A stretch of 64,000 nt of DNA from the NCBI GenBank assembly GCA_049966155.1, contig JBMFVE010000002.1:274569-338568 (forward strand), read 5' to 3'. The DNA comes from Candidatus Kryptoniota bacterium. GTDB lineage: Bacteria; Bacteroidota; Ignavibacteria; Kryptoniales; JAKASW01. The notes under the pieces are model-generated. The model was given only the letters and a program-made list of their open reading frames with translations, searched no databases and was not told where the DNA came from. Both the position numbers and the translations under genes were made by a program. Shown one piece after another: positions 58,717 through 64,000 of the stretch; position 1 is the first letter of the stretch; each line of letters begins with the position of its first letter.

Positions 58717-59027
58717 GTTGAAGTAGAAGATGAGCTATTCTTTTCATTGATCACACTTTCACATGAAGGGCATAACCGCGCTGTAAGGTTCTCCTTTAAG
58801 ATAGCTGAAGGAATATCATGACGGCAGATGACACACTGTCCATATGTTCCTTTCTCAATCATTTTCAACGCAAAAGAAAGTTCATTCAGATTCGGATCAT
58901 CTAACTTACCGCAGGCTTCTAACACCCTGCGTTTTCCTTCCGCTCGAACATTATAGCGTTCCAGCAGGATTAGTGCCATTCTTCCTATTACTAACTTCTC
59001 GAATAACGACAGTTCATCTGGTTTCAT
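58713..59027 (-). CDS. DksA/TraR C4-type zinc-finger protein (copy 1)
   Basis: CVIC-17 aa-CPSC. ATGA overlap with the 892-aa cytochrome start. The track start at 59048 is TTG and I use the ATG at 59027. Confidence 0.65.
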   Translation of the reverse strand: MKPDELSLFEKLVIGRMALILLERYNVRAEGKRRVLEACGKLDDPNLNELSFALKMIEKGTYGQCVICRHDIPSAILKENLTARLCPSCESVINEKNSSSSTST

Positions 59028-59043
59028 TTTAAAAATGCCATAG

Positions 59044-59060
59044 TTCAATCATTGTGCCGA
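59044..59060 (-). promoter_or_regulatory. Sigma-54-like -24/-12 element CGGCAC-N5-TTGA upstream of the cytochrome operon
   Basis: Minus strand reads TCGGCACAATGATTGAA, ending 17 nt before the ATG at 59027. A sigma-54 activator gene lies 2.9 kb away. Confidence 0.4.
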
Positions 59061-59189
59061 CGATAATGAATCTACACTGCTTAAAATTACACCTGAAAAA
59101 AGCATTTTCACACAAATTGTAGAAATGGGTGCAGGTCACTGAGGAAAAAGTGTGGTTATATTTCTCATAGTGTGCGAAATCTTACCTCA

Positions 59190-59238
59190 ATCAACAAAAG
59201 GCTGCTGCCGGAGTCAGATGTGGGAACTCCGGCAGCAG
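59190..59238 (-). terminator. Rho-independent terminator (or protein-binding inverted repeat)
   Basis: Perfect 13-bp stem CTGCTGCCGGAGT-11 nt-ACTCCGGCAGCAG, followed on the minus strand by CCTTTTGTTGATT. Confidence 0.6.
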
Positions 59239-59269
59239 AAGGAGGAGGAAAGAGGAGAATCTACAGATT

Positions 59270-59348
59270 AAAAAAAGAGTTTGGGCCACCTGAGTTTGGC
59301 AGTGTCTTCCCCTGAGCGAGCTGTTATCTCATAAAAAGGTGGCCCAAA
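59270..59348 (-). other. Long-loop stem (12-bp arms TTTGGGCCACCT / AGGTGGCCCAAA, 45-nt loop) followed by a T7 run
   Basis: Minus strand reads ...TTTGGGCCACCT-45 nt-AGGTGGCCCAAACTCTTTTTTT. This is either a first terminator-like element downstream of the 59408 ORF or a structured RNA. Confidence 0.4.
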
Positions 59349-59407
59349 AAGCTGATCACTTTCAAGGAAAACCATGAGGGTATCAAAGGCGATGGATTCC
59401 AGTTTCC

Positions 59408-59791
59408 TCATCGCGAAATCCCTTCAGCAGCTTTATTCTCTACTGAGGTTATTTCTTTAATCATATTGTTCAAATTCGACAGGTTCATAGGGGCTTCAGA
59501 ATACACATAAAAGTTTTCTTTCACGGACGGAGTTTCCTCACCACAGCACTGCAGGAGAAAAAGAACATTGCGAGCTAATCCATCCCTGATGACCCATTCA
59601 TAAGAGTCGCCGGGCAAACGGGTTGTTGCAACTATAAGCAATGACACAGGCAATGGAAATGAAACATTCCATTCAACAACCTGGTAGCCCTCACGGCTGA
59701 GGAATTTACTGAGGAGGTCATACATTGCCCTCTCATCTGAGATTATACCAATTTTGCCTGAAAATTGCCTGTCGCTCATCAGATACAACAT
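59408..59791 (-). CDS. Hypothetical small protein, degenerate receiver-like
   Basis: The track start at 59872 is TTG. In-frame ATGs lie at 59791 (after GAGGG) and 59779. The pattern IGIISDE...GYQV...SLLIVATT loosely resembles a CheY fold that lacks the acidic pocket. Confidence 0.4.
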   Translation of the reverse strand: MLYLMSDRQFSGKIGIISDERAMYDLLSKFLSREGYQVVEWNVSFPLPVSLLIVATTRLPGDSYEWVIRDGLARNVLFLLQCCGEETPSVKENFYVYSEAPMNLSNLNNMIKEITSVENKAAEGISR

Positions 59792-59793
59792 TG

Positions 59794-59807
59794 TCAACCC
59801 TCGTGCC
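59794..59807 (-). promoter_or_regulatory. Second copy of the GGCAC-N5-TTGA motif
   Basis: Minus strand reads GCGGCACGAGGGTTGACA, immediately upstream of ATG 59791 and 14 nt upstream of ATG 59779. Confidence 0.3.
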
Positions 59808-60039
59808 GCAAAGGATTCGCCGGTCACTTTCTCAAAAACCTTAAAAAACAAATAAAACTGCCCGAGGCACAATCACTACATTTTCGTTAGAGACATTTTT
59901 CCCTCCAAATTCGTGAAATTTTTCCTCAATCAAACTTATAATCGTACCTAATGCAGGCTCAAATATCAGGTTGATTCAAACTTTCACACATCTCCATTGA
60001 ATATTGTCCCACTATTTGCAAATTTAATGTTGAACCGCT

Positions 60040-61908
60040 ATGCTCAGCAGTCTTAGGTCAAAAGTTGCAGTTGGATTTACAGTCCTCGTATCAATTAACG
60101 TCGTGGTAAGCATCTGGTCAATTTATAATTTTAACGAGCTTGCTGATGCAATTGCAACCATGATAAAGCAGAACTATCAAAACATCACGGCTGCTCAATA
60201 TATGGTTGTGGCCTTAGAGAGAGAAAACAGTGCCCAGCTTGTGATGCTAAATGGTGATGTCGAAGGGGGACTGGCTCAGTTTAACGACAACCACGCCAAC
60301 TTCTTAAACTGGTTTTCACAGGCATCTGCTTCCGCTGTTCCCGATGGTGGAGAACAGGTCTTATCCAAAATTCAGTATATGTACAAAAGATATACAGCGG
60401 CAACAGACTCCCTTGTTATGATTATCAGGAAATATGGACTGATGAACGGCCAGAACTATCACTATATGAAGATTCTTCCTTTGTTTACACAACTTAAGGA
60501 ATCCTGTTTTCAACTCCTTGACATGAACCACAATGCAATGATTGAAACCGATACCAAGGCGCACAACATAGCGAACCAGGCTACCGTGGCTGTAATCGGA
60601 GCCTCATTAATCGCCATTATACTCAGCATTGTTGCCAGCTGGCAGTTCTCTCAGTATATAATTGAACCGGCTGAGAAACTTACCGAAACCGTACGCAAAA
60701 TTGGAAGAGGAATCCTGGATGCACGAGCAGATGAAAGTACAAATGATGAAATAGGTGAACTGAGCCGGGAGTTCAATAAAATGACGGCTCGCCTGCGCAA
60801 ATATGACGAAATCAATGTTGAAAAACTTGTTTCAGAAAAGAAAAAATCTGAGGCAATTGTAGCTACAATATCTGACCCAATAATTGTGACGGACTCCCAG
60901 GGGAGGATAGTCCTTCTAAACGAACTGGCTGAACTCCTCTTTAACGTTACAGAAGAGGAGGCTATGGAAAAGATGTTTGGGGAGGTTGTAAAAAATGAAC
61001 AGCTTTCAGGCTATGTCCGCCGTTGTCTGGATGGAGAGCTCAGTCCGAACATTCCTCCATATTTTGAATTAAAATTTCAGAATGAAGTCCGTTACTTCAG
61101 GATAAAAATTAACCATGCCACGGATAAATCTGGCAGGGTCACCGGATGTGTACTTATTCTCCAGGACGTTACACAGTTTAAAGAGCTCGACAGAATGAAA
61201 TCAGAATTTATGGCACGCGTCTCACATGAGTTCCGAACACCGCTGACATCAATTAACATGACAATTGACATACTTAAGGACGAGCATGTTGGTAAGGTAA
61301 ATGACCACCAGAGAGAGCTTCTTATTGCTGCAAAACAGGATGCGGAAAGATTGACCAAATTGGTCCGCGACCTGCTTGAACTTTCCAGATTGCAGTCGGG
61401 CCGAATACAACTTAAAGAGGATGTAATTACTGCAGGCTATCTTATTGATTTTTCAATCCAGCCAATCCTGTTGCAGTTTCATGATAAAAATGTAAACCTT
61501 ACAAAAACTGTCGACCCTGCAATTCCACCGTTTAAAGGCGACCTGCAACAGCTTTCCTGGGTCATCTCTAACCTTGTTACAAATGCCCTTCGGTTTACCA
61601 ATCCAGAAGGATCGGTGGATATTACAGCTTCGTTTGACGGGCAAAATTTAATCATATCTGTCCGCGACACGGGCAGCGGCATCGATCAGAAGGAGCTTGA
61701 AAAAATTTTCGACAAGTTTGTCCAGCTTGAAGACAGTGGAAGTCCAACCCCTGGCTCTGTTGGACTCGGCCTCTCTATTGCAAAAGAAATTGTTGAACTT
61801 TATGGGGGCCGCATATGGGCAGAAAGTCGGGTCGGCAAAGGTAGCACATTTACATTCACAATTCCTATAAAAGAAAGGATCGTAACAGATAACGTAGAAA
61901 CAATATGA
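60040..61908 (+). CDS. Membrane sensor histidine kinase (periplasmic 4-helix-type sensor, HAMP, PAS, HisKA, HATPase_c)
   Basis: Two TM segments. H-box SHEFRTPLTS, N-box ISNLVTNALRF, DTGSGI, GLGLSIAKEIV. Confidence 0.88.
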   Translation: MLSSLRSKVAVGFTVLVSINVVVSIWSIYNFNELADAIATMIKQNYQNITAAQYMVVALERENSAQLVMLNGDVEGGLAQFNDNHANFLNWFSQASASAVPDGGEQVLSKIQYMYKRYTAATDSLVMIIRKYGLMNGQNYHYMKILPLFTQLKESCFQLLDMNHNAMIETDTKAHNIANQATVAVIGASLIAIILSIVASWQFSQYIIEPAEKLTETVRKIGRGILDARADESTNDEIGELSREFNKMTARLRKYDEINVEKLVSEKKKSEAIVATISDPIIVTDSQGRIVLLNELAELLFNVTEEEAMEKMFGEVVKNEQLSGYVRRCLDGELSPNIPPYFELKFQNEVRYFRIKINHATDKSGRVTGCVLILQDVTQFKELDRMKSEFMARVSHEFRTPLTSINMTIDILKDEHVGKVNDHQRELLIAAKQDAERLTKLVRDLLELSRLQSGRIQLKEDVITAGYLIDFSIQPILLQFHDKNVNLTKTVDPAIPPFKGDLQQLSWVISNLVTNALRFTNPEGSVDITASFDGQNLIISVRDTGSGIDQKELEKIFDKFVQLEDSGSPTPGSVGLGLSIAKEIVELYGGRIWAESRVGKGSTFTFTIPIKERIVTDNVETI

Positions 61909-63227
61909 GTCTTAAAGTTTTGCTGGTTGACGATGAACAAAACATCCTGAGGACCATGACGATTTGCCTTCAATCAATAGGCCTTCAGGTAAATCCAGTT
62001 CCAAATCCGTCCGACGCGCTGGAACTTGCAAGCAAAGAGCATTTTGATATTGCCTTTCTGGACTTAAAAATGAAGCCAATGGACGGCATTCAATTGATGA
62101 CAGAAATAAAAAAAATAAACCCGGAAATTCTGGTCGTAATTGTAACAGCACACGGATCTATCGATACCGCTGTCGAAGCTATTAAAAAGGGAGCATATGA
62201 TTATCTACAGAAACCTTTTGATTTCCAGGAACTTCAACATTTTACAGAAAAAGTAGTTGAATACTACAACCTCCAAAGAGAGGTAAAAGATCTGCAAAAG
62301 CGGCTGCATGAATATCAAATGCCTGGAGAAATTGTCACAAAGAATCCACATATGCTTCAACTCCTTAACTTATCAAGAGAAGTAGCCGACACAACAATTA
62401 GCGTTTTGCTCCAGGGTGAAAGCGGCACAGGAAAAGAACTGTTTGCAAAGTTTATCCACGATTCAAGCTCCCGCAAAGACAAACCATTCGTGACAGTAAA
62501 TTGCGCTGCCCTTTCAGAAAACCTCCTTGAAAGTGAACTTTTTGGACATGTAAGAGGAGCTTTTACAGGAGCAGTTAAAGACAGAGAAGGAAGATTCGAA
62601 CTGGCTGATGGTGGGACAATCTTCCTCGACGAGATAACTGAAATCCCGACCACGACTCAAGCAAAGCTGCTAAGATTTCTTCAGAGCAGAGAATTTGAAC
62701 GCGTTGGTGATTCACAAACTCGGAGAGTGGATGTGAGATTTATATCTGCCACAAACCGCGACTTGAATGAAGCGCTCACGTCCGGGAAACTTCGGGAAGA
62801 CCTTTATTATCGTATCAATGGTGTCACCATCAAGCTTCCACCTCTTCGTGAGCGTCCGGAGGACATCCCCCTGCTGATCAAACATTTCATTAGAAAATTT
62901 TCACAGGGTTCTGAACCAGATATTTCTGCAGAAGCATTTAAGCTTTTAATAAATTATCAATGGCCAGGAAATGTCCGACAGTTAGAAAACGTCATGGAAA
63001 GAGCTGTTCTCCTTGCCCACGGCAAGCGTATAGAGCCTTACCACCTTCCTGAAGAGATTCAAAATATGAATGTGACGACAAAACGACTCCTTTCCCTGGA
63101 AGAATTGGAGAAGGAGCACATCATTCGCGTTCTCAGAGAAACTGCAACAGCCGAGGAAGCAGCAAGTGTCCTGGGCATTGATCCGGCAACACTCTGGCGT
63201 AAGAAGAAGAAGTATGGAATCAACTGA
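61905..63227 (+). CDS. Sigma-54-dependent response regulator (NtrC family: receiver + AAA+ + Fis-type HTH)
   Basis: ATGA overlap with the kinase. Receiver VLLVDDEQ...FLDLKMKPMDG. Walker A GESGTGKE, GAFTGA loop, FLDEI, PLRERPEDI, C-terminal HTH AASVLGIDPATLWRKKKKYGI. Confidence 0.92.
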   Translation: MSLKVLLVDDEQNILRTMTICLQSIGLQVNPVPNPSDALELASKEHFDIAFLDLKMKPMDGIQLMTEIKKINPEILVVIVTAHGSIDTAVEAIKKGAYDYLQKPFDFQELQHFTEKVVEYYNLQREVKDLQKRLHEYQMPGEIVTKNPHMLQLLNLSREVADTTISVLLQGESGTGKELFAKFIHDSSSRKDKPFVTVNCAALSENLLESELFGHVRGAFTGAVKDREGRFELADGGTIFLDEITEIPTTTQAKLLRFLQSREFERVGDSQTRRVDVRFISATNRDLNEALTSGKLREDLYYRINGVTIKLPPLRERPEDIPLLIKHFIRKFSQGSEPDISAEAFKLLINYQWPGNVRQLENVMERAVLLAHGKRIEPYHLPEEIQNMNVTTKRLLSLEELEKEHIIRVLRETATAEEAASVLGIDPATLWRKKKKYGIN

Positions 63228-63317
63228 GGCCTGCTGCAGCAATTAATTTATTCTTGAATTTACAAATCACAAAATTTATTTTACTCCAGTTCTAAAATTC
63301 TATGGAGGGACTAACCT

Positions 63318-64000
63318 ATGTACAATTTTACAGGCGCAACAATTATTGTAACAGGGGCATCGAGCGGAATAGGGAGGGCTACGGCAAAGGCCTTCAGTGA
63401 ACAGGGTGGAAATGTTATAGCTTTTGCAAGAAATAAGGAAAGACTCGACTCACTTTGTGAACAATGTAAACAAAACCCCGGGAAAATATATGCAGTTAAA
63501 GGAGATGTAACAAAGGAAATGGATAGGCAGAAGTGTATTGACTATGCTCTGGATAAATCTGGGCGGATTGATGTGCTGGTTAACGCTGCAGGAATCATTG
63601 CAAGTGGGACAATTGAAAATACAACGGAAGCACAATGGGATGAAATGTTCGATATAAACCTTCGCTCCGTATTCAGGATGATGCAGCTGGCAATACCTCA
63701 TTTAATTTTGACAAAGGGAAATATCGTAAACGTATCAAGCGTAACAGGTATAAGGGCATTCCCAAATGTTCTGGCTTATTCGGTTAGTAAAGCTGGAGTT
63801 GATCAGCTCACCCGTTGTGCTGCACTGGAAATGGCTCCAAAGGGTGTAAGAATAAACGCTGTAAACCCTGGTGTTGTGGTCACAGAACTCCATCGAAACA
63901 GCGGTATGACCGAGGAACAGTACCAGGCATTTCTTGAGCACTCAAAGACAACTCACCCACTTGGAAGAACGGGGACTCCAGAAGAAGTAGCTGATCTCAT
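63318..64000 (+). CDS. Short-chain dehydrogenase/reductase (SDR), 3' end outside the window
   Basis: ATG after GGAGGG. TGASSGIGRATA, NAAG, catalytic YSVSKAG. Not in the ORF track because no stop codon falls in the window. Confidence 0.85.
   Translation, partial: MYNFTGATIIVTGASSGIGRATAKAFSEQGGNVIAFARNKERLDSLCEQCKQNPGKIYAVKGDVTKEMDRQKCIDYALDKSGRIDVLVNAAGIIASGTIENTTEAQWDEMFDINLRSVFRMMQLAIPHLILTKGNIVNVSSVTGIRAFPNVLAYSVSKAGVDQLTRCAALEMAPKGVRINAVNPGVVVTELHRNSGMTEEQYQAFLEHSKTTHPLGRTGTPEEVADL

Noticed and set aside
1-64000. Scan for tRNA/rRNA genes, CRISPR arrays, IS/transposase, integrase, phage or toxin-antitoxin modules.
   Set aside because: I found no spaced direct-repeat arrays, no cloverleaf-sized conserved segments in the few intergenic regions, and no recombinase-like ORFs. 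The window looks like stable chromosome. This was a visual scan only; tRNAscan, Infernal and ISfinder would be decisive.

Overview
Gene-dense 64-kb chromosomal window with about 50 CDS, mostly on the minus strand. I saw no rRNA, tRNA, CRISPR array, transposase or integrase. ORF-track starts were re-examined because the track accepts TTG and GTG starts, and several genes are re-started at an internal ATG.

Layout:
- 1-9 kb: a tightly overlapping housekeeping chain (cysteine desulfurase 3' part, rsmB-like, ppx/gppA, prmA, M28 peptidase, comF, uvrB), followed by a proline dehydrogenase.
- 9-25.6 kb: a cytoplasmic 4-PAS hybrid kinase, a heparinase-II/III-like protein with a 2-hydroxyacid dehydrogenase, gltB, an unannotated 58-aa zinc-ribbon gene, a HAD hydrolase, a cell-wall amidase, class II RNR nrdJ and a class-A beta-lactamase-like protein.
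- 25.7-39.4 kb: a hybrid kinase with an unusual periplasmic domain plus an HTH-receiver regulator, an uncharacterised Rossmann protein, a 1589-aa five-module MTase-GT9-WbsX-TPR-GT2 fusion, and a BNR/sortilin-like exported protein.
- 39.4-49 kb: one 9.6-kb operon encoding two 2-oxoacid dehydrogenase complexes interleaved with lipA and lipB, with a single lpd.
- 49-51.5 kb: a VIT1-family transporter, upp and a HAD-IIA hydrolase.
- 51.6-59.0 kb (the most notable region): a seven-gene minus-strand operon with 44 c-type heme-binding motifs. It holds a 19-heme cytochrome fused to a cytochrome-b membrane module, a tetraheme, a 14-heme and a 7-heme lipoprotein cytochrome. It also holds an outer-membrane beta-barrel-like protein and two embedded DksA/TraR-type zinc-finger proteins.
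- 59.0-64 kb: a structured intergenic region, a small receiver-like ORF, a divergent histidine kinase / sigma-54 activator pair and a 3'-truncated SDR.

A recurring CGGCAC-N5-TTGA (-24/-12-like) motif precedes the cytochrome operon and the receiver-like ORF. I read the cluster as a self-contained, possibly sigma-54-controlled, inner-membrane-to-cell-surface electron conduit of non-canonical composition.

The taxonomic impression (FCB-group / Ignavibacteria-like anaerobe) is inference from protein flavour only. No marker RNA gene is present. All function calls rest on motifs read from the translations; no database search was run.
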